This document shows, piece by piece, positions 48,483 through 59,386 of a stretch of DNA of 64,000 nt. The stretch comes from Oligoflexales bacterium (GTDB lineage: Bacteria > Bdellovibrionota_B > Oligoflexia > Oligoflexales > JAPPIL01). The stretch is from the NCBI GenBank assembly GCA_965215515.1, contig OZ244057.1, positions 384,001 to 448,000 of the forward strand, read 5' to 3'. Both the position numbers and the translations under genes were made by a program. Each line of letters opens with the position of its first letter. Positions within the stretch are counted from its first letter, which is position 1. The notes under the pieces were generated by a model. The model was given only the letters and a program-made list of their open reading frames with translations, ran no database searches and had not been told where the DNA came from.

Positions 48483-48508
48483 AGCGCGGGAGGCAAGCCT
48501 GCTATAAT
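48479..48508 (+). promoter_or_regulatory. Putative mreB promoter
   Basis: TTGAAG-18nt-TATAAT with TGn extended -10. Confidence 0.5.
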
Positions 48509-48528
48509 CCTGAGGAGCTGTGGGTTAA

Positions 48529-49584
<1,056 letters not shown>

Positions 49585-49585
49585 C

Positions 49586-50446
49586 GTGGCGGCACGTTCT
49601 GCGCGGGTGGTGCGATGGTTGCTGGTACTGGCGATGGTGGTCGTACCGTTTGTGTTTTTTTCCAGCGGCCTGCGCCCGCATCAAGATCGGGTCACATCGT
49701 CCTTGCAGGAGATCGTCTATCCGTTTGAATACGCTATGCATGCCAGTGCTGCCTTTATCGCACGTATCTGGCATGGCTACATCGACTTGCGACGTGTCGC
49801 CGCCGACAATGCGCGCCTCAAGCTTAGGGTAGTGGAACTACAGACGAAACTGCAACTTTACGAGGAAAAGGAAGCCGAAAGCAGGAGGCTACGTGCTTTG
49901 CTTGGTTTGTCGCGGAGTTATGCGGTGGCAACGGTCACTGCGGAGGTCGTTGCCAAAGCGGGGTCGTTTCCTTTTCTCGCGGTACGGGTCAATCGTGGAC
50001 GGCAGGCCGAAATCGCCGCGGGTATGCCCGTCATCGGTGCGGCGGGGGTCGTAGGACGTGTCTTACGGGTGGGGCACAATTATGCGGATGTGCAACTGTT
50101 GGTCGACAGCGGTTTTTATCTCGACATCCTTGTGCAGCGCACTCGTGTGCGTGGTTTACTGCGCGGCAACTTGCGCAACTGTATACTACAAATGCCACAG
50201 GAGGCAGAGCTGCGCATCGGCGACACGATTGTGACTTCGGGGTTGACGGGTAGTTTCCCGAAAGGTGTGCTTGTCGGTCGTGTTGTGCGCATCAGCTATG
50301 AGGCGAACCGTGTCACACAACAGATAACCGTCGAGCCTGCGATCGACCACCGCCAACTCGAGGAGGTCAGCATTTTGCAGCAACGTGCTCCCAGTACGCA
50401 ACGTATCGTCGCTGCCACCCGCACACCGTCGGACGACAGTCCCTAA
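49586..50446 (+). CDS. mreC: Rod shape-determining protein MreC
   Basis: N-terminal TM, coiled coil, GVVGRV, GDTIVTSGL..FPKGVLVG. Confidence 0.92.
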   Translation: MAARSARVVRWLLVLAMVVVPFVFFSSGLRPHQDRVTSSLQEIVYPFEYAMHASAAFIARIWHGYIDLRRVAADNARLKLRVVELQTKLQLYEEKEAESRRLRALLGLSRSYAVATVTAEVVAKAGSFPFLAVRVNRGRQAEIAAGMPVIGAAGVVGRVLRVGHNYADVQLLVDSGFYLDILVQRTRVRGLLRGNLRNCILQMPQEAELRIGDTIVTSGLTGSFPKGVLVGRVVRISYEANRVTQQITVEPAIDHRQLEEVSILQQRAPSTQRIVAATRTPSDDSP

Positions 50447-50536
50447 CGGGCGGTGTCGCTGGTGTGCACAAAATCACGCTAGACGCGGTGTTGTGCAAGT
50501 AGTTCTGTGTGCTTACAAAAAATTAAATTAAGTGCC

Positions 50537-51196
50537 CTACCCACGGAACTCAGGAAAAACACACAGATCGTTGATGACACATCCGTCGCAGGCTGGACGA
50601 CGGGCATGGCAGGTGTCGCGCCCGTGGGCGATGAACAGATGATGAGCGTGAGGCAGATGATGACGTGCGATGACGGTAAGCAGCTGCTGCTCGCAGGCCG
50701 TCGCACTTTTGGCGGCGTGAAGACCGAGACGCAAAGTGGTGCGGAAAACATGGGTATCGACAGCCAGTACCCGCTGCTGGAAAAGTTCACCGAGTATGAC
50801 GTTGGCGGTCTTGCGTCCGACCCCAGGCAAGGCCTCCAGTGCCTGGCGCACATCAGGCACCTGTCCCGCATGTTGGCGGTGGAGCATTTTGCTCAAGGCA
50901 ATGATATGCTTGGCTTTGGTCGGGGCTAGGCCGATCCGTTCGATAGTGCGTAGCAGCCGTACATAGCCCCACCGCAACACGGTGGCGAGATCAAAACCGC
51001 GTTCGTAGTGCGGCCGCATGCAACGATTGACGGTGCGGTCATTGGCCTGCGCCGAAAGCACCACCGACACGAGCAACTGGTAGGGGGTTTCATAGTAGAG
51101 AGCGCACCCCGCCTGCGGATAGGCGGTACGCAAACGGGCGAGAATAGCCTCAACTCGCGCCACCAATTTCCCATGTCCCGTGCCTGCACACCCCAC
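50537..51196 (-). CDS. nth: Endonuclease III
   Basis: LLVSVVLSAQ, LPGVGRKTAN, VDTHV, C-x6-C-x2-C-x5-C cluster. Confidence 0.95.
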   Translation of the reverse strand: MGCAGTGHGKLVARVEAILARLRTAYPQAGCALYYETPYQLLVSVVLSAQANDRTVNRCMRPHYERGFDLATVLRWGYVRLLRTIERIGLAPTKAKHIIALSKMLHRQHAGQVPDVRQALEALPGVGRKTANVILGELFQQRVLAVDTHVFRTTLRLGLHAAKSATACEQQLLTVIARHHLPHAHHLFIAHGRDTCHARRPACDGCVINDLCVFPEFRG

Positions 51197-51477
51197 TACT
51201 CAGAAACTTCGAGACGCACATCGCCGCTGACCCGACATTGACAAGCAAGGCGTTCGTCAGGCTCAGCAGCCATCGTCTCCAAGAAATCGCGCTCGTCATC
51301 CTGCATGGGGGACAAGTTCTCCGCCCCGTCAAGGACGCGCACCATGCAAGCCCCACACGCACCGTCACGACAGCCGAACAGAATAGAAGTGTCGTGATCG
51401 TCACACATGTCGATCAAAGCGTAGCCGTCGGCGACATCGATGACCTTCGCATCGGTGGTAATTTCTACTTTAGGCAA
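51196..51477 (-). CDS. 2Fe-2S ferredoxin
   Basis: FGCRDGACGAC..RLACQC. Confidence 0.93.
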   Translation of the reverse strand: MPKVEITTDAKVIDVADGYALIDMCDDHDTSILFGCRDGACGACMVRVLDGAENLSPMQDDERDFLETMAAEPDERLACQCRVSGDVRLEVSE

Positions 51478-51600
51478 TATCAGGCCGTGGCTTGTTATCC
51501 ATCATGCAACACACCCTAGCACCCGTGCACTGTAGCCGAAAGACACGGCAGAGGTAAAGCAGAATTTTGTTGCTCTTGAGTTCCGTGGGTAGGGCGCTTT

Positions 51601-52377
51601 CTAGGCTACCACGCACATGAATACGCCTTCCATTTCTTGGCGAATCAGTTGGAGGGCTTGGCGGGTGACGGGGGAGTTGAGGTCAACTTTGTCGCGGAAA
51701 TAGTCGCCTTCGTTCATTCTGGTACGCAGCATTTTTGTCTGCCAGATGTTAGCATTGTTTATTTGGTGGTCGCAGCAGCGGTAATCTTGCAGTGTGGTGG
51801 TATCGATGTAGTCTCTGATGCTGGAGATTTGGTGGTCGAGGTAGACTCTTTTTCCTTGTTCGTCTCTGGTGAAACCGCGCACGAAGTAGTCGATAACCAC
51901 GACATCGGATGCGATCGCGTTGAGCATGAAGTTAAGTGCTTTCAGGGGCGAGATGTCCCCGCAGGTGGAGATGTTGATATCGATTCTGAACGAGCATACC
52001 TGTCCTTCGCCGCGAAAGTCTGGGTAGGTATGGGCACAGACGTGGCTTTTGTCGAGGTGCAGGGCTTGCAGGGCGGGGGCGGCGGCGGCATCACCGAGCA
52101 GCAGTAATGAGCTTGCTCCCCACGGCTCGTAGTCTTGTGACGAGGCAGCTAGCACGCGGGCGTTGATGATACGGGCGATACTGTGCAGCAGGTCAGCGAT
52201 ATGGTGACGGTTGAAGTTGCGATTGATGTAGGCGACGTATGAGTCTTTTTCCGCGGGGGTACGGGCAGCACAAAAGTCGTAGAGGTTGAAGTTCAGGGTT
52301 TTGGTTAGGTTGTTAAACCCTTGCAATTTGATGCAGGGGGGCTTGATCAGGCGTTGCATTTTAACATCGCTGTTCAT
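51601..52377 (-). CDS. speD: S-adenosylmethionine decarboxylase proenzyme (E. coli type)
   Basis: GFNNLTKTL, QDYEPWGAS, HLDK|SHVCAHTYP, STCGDISPL, VRGFTRD. Confidence 0.93.
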   Translation of the reverse strand: MNSDVKMQRLIKPPCIKLQGFNNLTKTLNFNLYDFCAARTPAEKDSYVAYINRNFNRHHIADLLHSIARIINARVLAASSQDYEPWGASSLLLLGDAAAAPALQALHLDKSHVCAHTYPDFRGEGQVCSFRIDINISTCGDISPLKALNFMLNAIASDVVVIDYFVRGFTRDEQGKRVYLDHQISSIRDYIDTTTLQDYRCCDHQINNANIWQTKMLRTRMNEGDYFRDKVDLNSPVTRQALQLIRQEMEGVFMCVVA

Positions 52378-54693
52378 TCAACTTTCCTCCTCGTAGGAGG
52401 GGGTAGCAAAATTAACTTGTAGAGACAACATATAAGAGGCCTCGTGTTCGTGTTCGTCCCAATCTTTCACGCGACGGAAGGCAAGTCCCCAGCATTGTTG
52501 CTGTCCTCGGTATTCACCACCGACCTGCCAGCGGTATTGCCGTTGTCCGTGTGCGGCCAGTGGTTTACGGGTGGCATATGCTGCTTGCAACTCCGTATGT
52601 CTTGCCAGTCGTGCAGCAATTTCCAAGCGTTGCACCTGTACTCGTGGTACAGCCGCCTCTCCTGTAACGAACACGTGGGGCATTATTTCCCAGCTTGGTT
52701 TGAGTTGCACCTTATCGCCTAAGGGCAGGCTTAGGACTAGCCGCAGCTGTTCGAATTCGTGTCGGTAGGTGTTCCATGCCAGTTCTTGTCGCAGTGAGAG
52801 CGAACCGTATTGCAGGCGCAGGTCGAGTTGTAGTGGACTCCATGCTTGGGGCAACACGGCATCACCGCGTCGTTTTGCCCTTGTGCGTCGTGTCGCTTGT
52901 CGTCGATCCCAGGTTGTGCTGACTCGCAGGCTGAGGGGGGTGTGGATGGGCGTGGGTGACATGCCTGCTAGTTCTCGGGAGGGCGAGGGTTGTGTGTTGA
53001 TTCGCCAGGCTTGCTCGAGTTCTAGTTCCCACACCTCGCTGCTCACGAGGTATGGGGTGGTGGGGTGGTCATCGTTGTTGTCGTGGAGTTGAAAAGCACC
53101 TGTCTTCCATACTTGTGGTTGTACAACTATGCCTGTGTTGAGGCGCACGAGGTGTTGCAGGAGGCGGGTTTGTTCTGGAGGGGAGGGGAGAAAGGTGTGT
53201 CCTGTGAGTGGTAAACTGAAACGCAGGCCTGTGCGCCAAGTGTATTGCTGGCTGTGTTGGTGGTCGAGCAGGTGGTGTGCTTCTACTTCCCAGAACTGTG
53301 TGACATCGAGTATTTTTTTATCCGTCAGGATGTTGGTGATGTGCAGTTGTGCTTGTCGGTGGGTGTGTATCTGTGACCATTTTCCGTAGTGTTGTTGTCG
53401 TAGGTGTAGCTGTGTCCAGGTTTGCAGGGGGGGCAGGTTGAGCAGTTGCAGGTGGCGTGATTGCAGGGTGAAGTTAGCTGGCAGTTGTACATTGTTGGGG
53501 GAGTAAGCATTATCACCAGCTAGGTGGCTGCTAGCTCCTATGTAGAGCTCGGGATGATCGAAGTGCAACCATAGTCGGCGAGCTGTGTAGGGGTGAAGGT
53601 CGTACGGTGCCTCGCCGCGTCGTGTTTGGTATAGGTTTTGGTTGTAGGCCATATCGCTGTGCAGGTCACCTTCACTGCCCAGGGAGAGTCGTGGGGTAAG
53701 AAAGTGTAGGTGTCGCCATTTCAGTGTCCCTCGCCAGGGTGGTTTATCGTTGTCGTTGCTGTGGCGGTTGTACAGTCCTTCGGCCAGCAATTGCCAGTGT
53801 TGTTGTTCCGAGAGGCGGCCACGGCTGCTCAGTGCGAGACGTAGGCCGTGTTGTTGTAGCCAGTCGAAGTAGATGGTGGCATCGGCTTCAGGGTTGAAGG
53901 CAACGAAGGCTGGTTGGCTGAGACTGAACCCTGTGTGCTTACGCCATCTGAACACGGGTCGTAGCAGCCCTGATTTGCGTTTCAGGGGCAGGCGCAGGAA
54001 GGGCAGGAAGAGTACTGGCCAACCGTGCACTTTCAGCACTGCGTGGTTAAAGTCGATGTGTTCGTCCAGGGTTGCGTTAATTTGTCGTGCTTGCAGTGCA
54101 AATACGGGTGGTTCGTCGTCTTGGCAGCGGCAGGGTGTGAGCGTTGCGGCGTTGGCTTGTAGTAGGTTTTGTTGTTTTTGTCGTGTGAGTTGGGTGCTGT
54201 GGAATTTGAGATAGTATGACGATTGTGTTGTGGGTGTATTGGCGTGGCGTGTTTGCAACCAGAGCTTTTGGCGGCGAGCGTGACGTGTTGTGTTGCTTGT
54301 GCCGTGTGTGAGGATTTGTTGGCGTAGGCGTTTACTTGCGGTGGGGTCGGAGATTATCAGTTGAGCATTGGTAACGATGAAGTCGTGTGTTTTCAGCCAG
54401 TAGCGTGCTGTGTCGGCGGACAGGGTGTGTTTTTCGCTTGCTGCGAGTATGTTACCTTTTGCTTCTAGTATTCCTGTATGTCGGTCGATGCTGATGTGGT
54501 CTGCTGTCATGACATAGCCGCCGCCGATGATTACTATGTTGCCGTTGAAGATTTGTCGTGTGCCGTTTTGTCGGAAGTAGGCTTCCGTCGCGTCGTAGAA
54601 CATTTTTTTGGTGGTGGGCAGTGGGGTTGCCGCGATGGTTTGGCCGCACAGTAATATCGTGTGCAGGGCGAGTGTAGGTGCGGTAGCTTGCAT
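52378..54693 (-). CDS. lptD: Divergent LPS-assembly protein LptD-like
   Basis: N-terminal OstA-like beta-jellyroll, TPCRC, PVLFLPFLRLP..RKSGLL.P, QQCWG near the C-terminus. Confidence 0.7.
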   Translation of the reverse strand: MQATAPTLALHTILLCGQTIAATPLPTTKKMFYDATEAYFRQNGTRQIFNGNIVIIGGGYVMTADHISIDRHTGILEAKGNILAASEKHTLSADTARYWLKTHDFIVTNAQLIISDPTASKRLRQQILTHGTSNTTRHARRQKLWLQTRHANTPTTQSSYYLKFHSTQLTRQKQQNLLQANAATLTPCRCQDDEPPVFALQARQINATLDEHIDFNHAVLKVHGWPVLFLPFLRLPLKRKSGLLRPVFRWRKHTGFSLSQPAFVAFNPEADATIYFDWLQQHGLRLALSSRGRLSEQQHWQLLAEGLYNRHSNDNDKPPWRGTLKWRHLHFLTPRLSLGSEGDLHSDMAYNQNLYQTRRGEAPYDLHPYTARRLWLHFDHPELYIGASSHLAGDNAYSPNNVQLPANFTLQSRHLQLLNLPPLQTWTQLHLRQQHYGKWSQIHTHRQAQLHITNILTDKKILDVTQFWEVEAHHLLDHQHSQQYTWRTGLRFSLPLTGHTFLPSPPEQTRLLQHLVRLNTGIVVQPQVWKTGAFQLHDNNDDHPTTPYLVSSEVWELELEQAWRINTQPSPSRELAGMSPTPIHTPLSLRVSTTWDRRQATRRTRAKRRGDAVLPQAWSPLQLDLRLQYGSLSLRQELAWNTYRHEFEQLRLVLSLPLGDKVQLKPSWEIMPHVFVTGEAAVPRVQVQRLEIAARLARHTELQAAYATRKPLAAHGQRQYRWQVGGEYRGQQQCWGLAFRRVKDWDEHEHEASYMLSLQVNFATPSYEEES

Positions 54694-54772
54694 GAGGTTC
54701 TCTGTTCCCTCTCCCTGTCAGCCTAGCAGACGTTGTAGGGGGGAGCAAGTGTGGTCAGTTCAGGATTATTTT

Positions 54773-56131
54773 TTATCGTAGTTCCCATTCGTGGTCGGTG
54801 TCGATTATGTTTAGTGCCTCACCCAGTCCGTAGAATGAGCCGCAGATGACTAGGGGGTGTGTGTCGTGTTTATTGGCGATGTTGTGCCAGGCGGCGGTGA
54901 AGTCATTGTACCAGAGGTGTCGGTATGGTGTGGGCAGTTGGGAGCGGATCATGCTGCGTTCATTTTTTAGGGCGAAGATTGCCAGTGGTTTTAGCCGTGA
55001 TGCGAGTAGGGGGATGATTTTATTAATTTCTTTATCGTGCAGCAGGGAGAGCATACCTGTTACGGTATGGTAGCGTGTTTTTAGTTCTGTGACCAGTGCT
55101 AGTGTTCCGTCGTAGTTGTGGCAGGCATCGAGCAGTAGTGGTCGTTTTTGTTTTGTGTAGCGGTGGTGTAGGTGCCGCAGTTGAAAGCGGGCGGGCAGGT
55201 GGGGGGGGAGTGTTATCGTGTGGTTGTGGCTGGTCGTGGTGGTGAAGTTTGGCGTGGAGAGGTTGGGGTAGTGTAGCAGCCACCAGTGCAGGGCGGAGGC
55301 GAGGCAGAAGTTGTGTTGTAGCCAGTGTGGTTGTGTTTGCAGGTGGAGGGGGAGGGGAAGGTTGAGGGGGGGGAGGTCGGGCAGGGTGATGTTGAGGGCG
55401 TGGTCGGGGTTAAGCTTGAAGTCGTGTCCTGCGCTGAATAGGGTAAGTTGTTTTTGTGTGACGATTTTTTGCAGGGTGTGGTGTAGGCCGCTATCGTTTG
55501 CGCCTGAGCCTTGCTTACCCCAGAAGAGGGGGCGGTGGGGGCGGGCGATGCCTATCTTGTCGGCGAGGATGGCGCGGTAGGTAGTGCCGAGGTATTGTTG
55601 GTGGTCTGTGCCGATTGAGACGATAGCTGCGGCGAGTGGTTCGCAGATATTGACGGCATCCCAGGTACCGCCGAGTCCGACTTCCAACACGTTGATGTCG
55701 GTGGCGTTGTTATTGAAGACGTGGAAGGAGAGTAGGGTGGTACATTCGAAGAAGGTCAGTTGTCCGTGCCAGCACGGGGTGAGAAGCGTTTCCAGTTTTT
55801 GCCATTCGTTGAGGAGGGTCGTATCGTCCAGTGGTATGTGTGAGGTTTGGATACGTTCGCAGAAGTTTGATACATGTGGCGAAGTGTAGAGTCCCACTTT
55901 CAAGCCCGCGATTTTGCTCAGCAAGGAGAAGAGAAAACCCGCGGTTGTTCCTTTCCCGTTTGTGCCTCCGATGAGCACGCAGGGGGCGTGTAGTTGCAGT
56001 TGAGGTAGGGCGGTAGTCACGGCGCGCATTTGCACGAGGCTTGGGTTAATGCGGTGTGGGGAGGAACGGGCGAAGGCGAGAATTTTGTTGATGATCGTGG
56101 ATATGGCGGTAGTCCTAGGGTGTGTTAGCAA
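54773..56131 (-). CDS. folC: Folylpolyglutamate/dihydrofolate synthase
   Basis: IGGTNGKGTT, YTSPHV..ERI, TFFE, LEVGLGG..DAVN, DHQQYLG, LDACHN, CGSFY. Confidence 0.93.
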   Translation of the reverse strand: MLTHPRTTAISTIINKILAFARSSPHRINPSLVQMRAVTTALPQLQLHAPCVLIGGTNGKGTTAGFLFSLLSKIAGLKVGLYTSPHVSNFCERIQTSHIPLDDTTLLNEWQKLETLLTPCWHGQLTFFECTTLLSFHVFNNNATDINVLEVGLGGTWDAVNICEPLAAAIVSIGTDHQQYLGTTYRAILADKIGIARPHRPLFWGKQGSGANDSGLHHTLQKIVTQKQLTLFSAGHDFKLNPDHALNITLPDLPPLNLPLPLHLQTQPHWLQHNFCLASALHWWLLHYPNLSTPNFTTTTSHNHTITLPPHLPARFQLRHLHHRYTKQKRPLLLDACHNYDGTLALVTELKTRYHTVTGMLSLLHDKEINKIIPLLASRLKPLAIFALKNERSMIRSQLPTPYRHLWYNDFTAAWHNIANKHDTHPLVICGSFYGLGEALNIIDTDHEWELR

Positions 56132-56963
56132 TTTGGTCAGGGGTGGTAGGCCAGAGGATGTGGAGAATTTTGCTTATGGTGCCGCGCAGTTGGGCGCGAT
56201 GGCAGATCATGTCGAGCATACCGTGTTCGAGAAGGTATTCGGAGCGTTGAAAGCCTGGCGGTAGTTTTTCTCTGATCGTTTGGCTGATAACTCGTGGACC
56301 AGCGAAGCCGATCAGGGCGTTTGGTTCTGCGATGTTGACATCCGCGAGGAGGGCGAAGCTTGCTGCCACTCCTCCTGTGGTGGGGTTGGTGAGGATGGAG
56401 ATGAAGGGTATGCCCTCTTGTTGCAGTTCGGCGAGGGCGGTGCAGGTTTTGGCCATTTGCAGCAGGCTGATTAGTCCTTCTTGCATTCGTGCGCCACCTG
56501 AGGCGGAGAAAATAACTGTCGGTTGGCGTGCGGTGCGGGCGCGATCGAAGAGGCGGGTGATTTTTTCGCCTACCACCGCTCCCATGCTTCCGCCTAGGAA
56601 GGCGAAATCGAAGGCGGCTACCATGATTGGCATACCGTTTAGTTTGCCTTGTCCGCTGACGACAGCATCGCGATGTTTGAGTTTTCGTTGCAGCTCGGCG
56701 AGGCGTTGGGCGTAGGGTTTGCGGTCGGCGAATTGCAGTGGGTCGGTGCTGCGCAGTGTTTGGTCGTGTTCGTGGAAGCTGTTGCCATCGAGAAAGAGGG
56801 CAAGGCGACGGTCGGCGTTGAGCGGCACGTGATGGCCGCACAGCGGGCAGACGTTGAGGTTATTCTCGAAGTCGTCGCGGTAGACAATTTCTTTGCACTT
56901 ACTGCATTTGTGCCACAGTGCTTCGGAGGTAACACGGCGTTCGTGGTCGCTATCGCTGCTCAT
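56115..56963 (-). CDS. accD: Acetyl-CoA carboxylase carboxyltransferase beta
   Basis: LWHKCSKC..VCPLC zinc finger, FLGGSMG, SGGARMQEG, PTTGGV, IGFAGPRVI. Confidence 0.97.
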   Translation of the reverse strand: MSSDSDHERRVTSEALWHKCSKCKEIVYRDDFENNLNVCPLCGHHVPLNADRRLALFLDGNSFHEHDQTLRSTDPLQFADRKPYAQRLAELQRKLKHRDAVVSGQGKLNGMPIMVAAFDFAFLGGSMGAVVGEKITRLFDRARTARQPTVIFSASGGARMQEGLISLLQMAKTCTALAELQQEGIPFISILTNPTTGGVAASFALLADVNIAEPNALIGFAGPRVISQTIREKLPPGFQRSEYLLEHGMLDMICHRAQLRGTISKILHILWPTTPDQIANTP

Positions 56964-56996
56964 GCTTGCCTCTCGGGGGTAGCGTGCAGGGGGCTA

Positions 56997-57977
56997 TCAC
57001 TTATCTAGCGTTATTTCCATCAGCCGTGTCTTTCTGTCTAAACTCCCGCGTCGTAGTTTTTCGTTGCCTTCGTAGACCTTGTAGGTGATGTAATTCAGCC
57101 TTGATCCGTTCAGTGCCATTATCATTCTCGAGGTAGGCATGAGGTATTCGACCAGCAGTTTACCGTCTGGCTGGGTAATGCGGCCTAGTTCCCGCAGTGC
57201 GGCGGTACACTCGTCAAATGGACAGGTTACCCTCTTCAGTGGCCCGCCGAGCGCGATGACAGCCCCGAAGGTATCGTCGGGCAACCCAGTGCTATACATG
57301 CTACCGAACAGGTACCAGGGATTATCGCTGAAGGTGCGGTATGTGCCGCTGATATCGAAACTAAAAACCGTCATATTTTTCCATTCGGCACGTGGTGTAC
57401 CTGCTTGCTCTTGTCGGATGGCGCTCAACTTGCGGAGCAGGTAGGAGAAGTGGTAACCGCCTGCGGCGACATTTAGTACTGGCGGCTCAACTCGAGCGAG
57501 GAAATCTTCAAAACGAAAACCCGATTCTTCGAACAGTCCGTGCAGATAGTTAACCATACGTTCGCTGTAGATGTATTCGCCTTGCACGTTCCCTTCGGAG
57601 TCACTGATGCTGACGACTGTAGGGGCGTTGTTCCTTGCTGTGCGGTGCTTAAATTGTCCATAGCCAGGAGTTTCTTCGGCGACGATGTGGTGAGTTGTCA
57701 CCGTGCCATCCGCATATGTCAACACGGTGCGTTTATATGAAAGAAAGTCGGGCGGCAGCCCTGGCGCAAGAAAATTATCTCGAAAAACATGTAAGGCATA
57801 GCCATCTTCGACAGATGCAGTGGGCTGTTCTAACTGTTTCAGCCAGGGGTAGTGAAGGACAATCCTGCCTATTCTCCCCCGCGTAGGTTGGGACGCTACG
57901 GAGAAGCGTTGCAGATAGCTAGCGACAGCAACTTGTGACACACAAGCGATCGACAGTAAGGCAATTAAGGTCTTCAC
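56997..57977 (-). CDS. Signal-peptide-bearing protein with C-terminal class I SAM-methyltransferase-like domain
   Basis: MKTLIALLSIACVSQVAVA; VLNVAAGG, FDIS, LPDDTFGAVIA, ALRELGRITQPDGKLLV. Confidence 0.55.
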   Translation of the reverse strand: MKTLIALLSIACVSQVAVASYLQRFSVASQPTRGRIGRIVLHYPWLKQLEQPTASVEDGYALHVFRDNFLAPGLPPDFLSYKRTVLTYADGTVTTHHIVAEETPGYGQFKHRTARNNAPTVVSISDSEGNVQGEYIYSERMVNYLHGLFEESGFRFEDFLARVEPPVLNVAAGGYHFSYLLRKLSAIRQEQAGTPRAEWKNMTVFSFDISGTYRTFSDNPWYLFGSMYSTGLPDDTFGAVIALGGPLKRVTCPFDECTAALRELGRITQPDGKLLVEYLMPTSRMIMALNGSRLNYITYKVYEGNEKLRRGSLDRKTRLMEITLDK

Positions 57978-58252
57978 AGTTCGTAAAACTCCCCTCTCAC
58001 GAGTACCACCCCGCCGTCAGGATAACGACAACGGATGCGCCGCCTTGTATCGCACAAGGCATGATCTGTCAAGAGTAAACCATGAACATCAGCTTTCATA
58101 AAATAAAGATAATAAAATCAATCAATTATCCAGAGTTTTACGTACAAAGCCTTACCTATCCTGAAATATTGTCAAGATAGGGGATGAATAGCCACTGATT
58201 TTTCTCTTTTGATGCTGCTGTGTTAAAATGTAGTTAGCCTAATCATGATCGG

Positions 58253-59386
58253 GTGGTCTCTGTGCACGGTAAGCCGCAGGTCTATTTTGACAACAATGCA
58301 ACGACGCGGCTTTCACGCAGAGTCGAAGCTTGGCTTAGGAGCGATTTTGTCGCTAGATACGCTAACCCCTCTTCCACACACCTGCTAGGGCAAGAGCTGA
58401 GCGCCGAGATCGACAATGATCGAAGCTATATAGCTGATTTTGTTGGTGCAAATCCAAGCAATATCTTTTTTACCAGTGGTGCGACGGAGGCAATTAACAG
58501 CATCTTGCATCCGCTGTTTTTACAGGAGAGTGGCATTGAGGTAGTGCTCACCTCGCGACTTGAACACAGTGCTGTCGATGGTTGTATAGAGAGATTGAGA
58601 CAGCATCATACCAAGGTGATCTACCTCAACAATGGTAGCAATGGCCTGCTCTGTCCCGAACATTTGGCGGCACAAGTGCGGGCACATCCGCATGCGTTAG
58701 TGACCTTGCTTGGTGCAAATAATGAAACTGGCGTTGTGCAAGATATTGTACAGCTTACCACAATATGCCAAGCACACGACTGTCTTGTGCATCTTGATGG
58801 TGTGCAGATGCTTGGCAAGTTGCCTGTCAATCTCACCGAGATGGGTGTTAACTTCGCTAGTTTTTCCGCACACAAGCTCGGTGGTTTGAAGGGCGTGGGT
58901 TTTACTTATGTGCGTGAGCCATCACAATTCACCCCACTTATCGTCGGCGGAGGCCAGGAAAGTGGCTTACGTGCTGGCACATACAACGCGGGTGGTATTA
59001 AGAGTTTGCGCTTGGCGTTAGAGGACACAAGACATTGGGATTTACAAAAAATAAAAAGCATCCGTGATGCTTTTGAAGATGAGATAAAAAATTTCAAAAT
59101 AAAAGCAGAGGTTAATTGCCAAAATGCTCCTCGCTTGTGCAACACTAGCAACATACATCTCCCTAGCTTGCCTGCTCAAGCAATAGTAATGGGGCTTGCT
59201 ACGCGAGGAGTATACGTTTCGGTAGGGTCAGCTTGTCATGGTGCAGAACCAAGCCGTGTGTTAATGGGGCTCGGCTTTGACAGAGACTATGCGGCATCGT
59301 CTTTGCGGTTTTCTTTTGCTGATTTTAACCGCAGTGCAGAAATTGAATATGCTACTGAAGTTTTGCGTGAGATATTAGATAGATGA
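58253..59386 (+). CDS. Cysteine desulfurase (IscS/NifS group I; SspA/DndA-like)
   Basis: YFDNNATT, FTSGATE, NNETG, SAHKLGG.KG, GGGQE..RAGT, SVGSACH. Confidence 0.92.
   Translation: MVSVHGKPQVYFDNNATTRLSRRVEAWLRSDFVARYANPSSTHLLGQELSAEIDNDRSYIADFVGANPSNIFFTSGATEAINSILHPLFLQESGIEVVLTSRLEHSAVDGCIERLRQHHTKVIYLNNGSNGLLCPEHLAAQVRAHPHALVTLLGANNETGVVQDIVQLTTICQAHDCLVHLDGVQMLGKLPVNLTEMGVNFASFSAHKLGGLKGVGFTYVREPSQFTPLIVGGGQESGLRAGTYNAGGIKSLRLALEDTRHWDLQKIKSIRDAFEDEIKNFKIKAEVNCQNAPRLCNTSNIHLPSLPAQAIVMGLATRGVYVSVGSACHGAEPSRVLMGLGFDRDYAASSLRFSFADFNRSAEIEYATEVLREILDR

Noticed and set aside
58253..59386. Desulfurase as the missing SufS or housekeeping IscS, or a Dnd system
   Set aside because: Group I motif (SACH), island-like composition and coupling to DUF4007 favour an SspA role; no dndBCDE-like genes seen.
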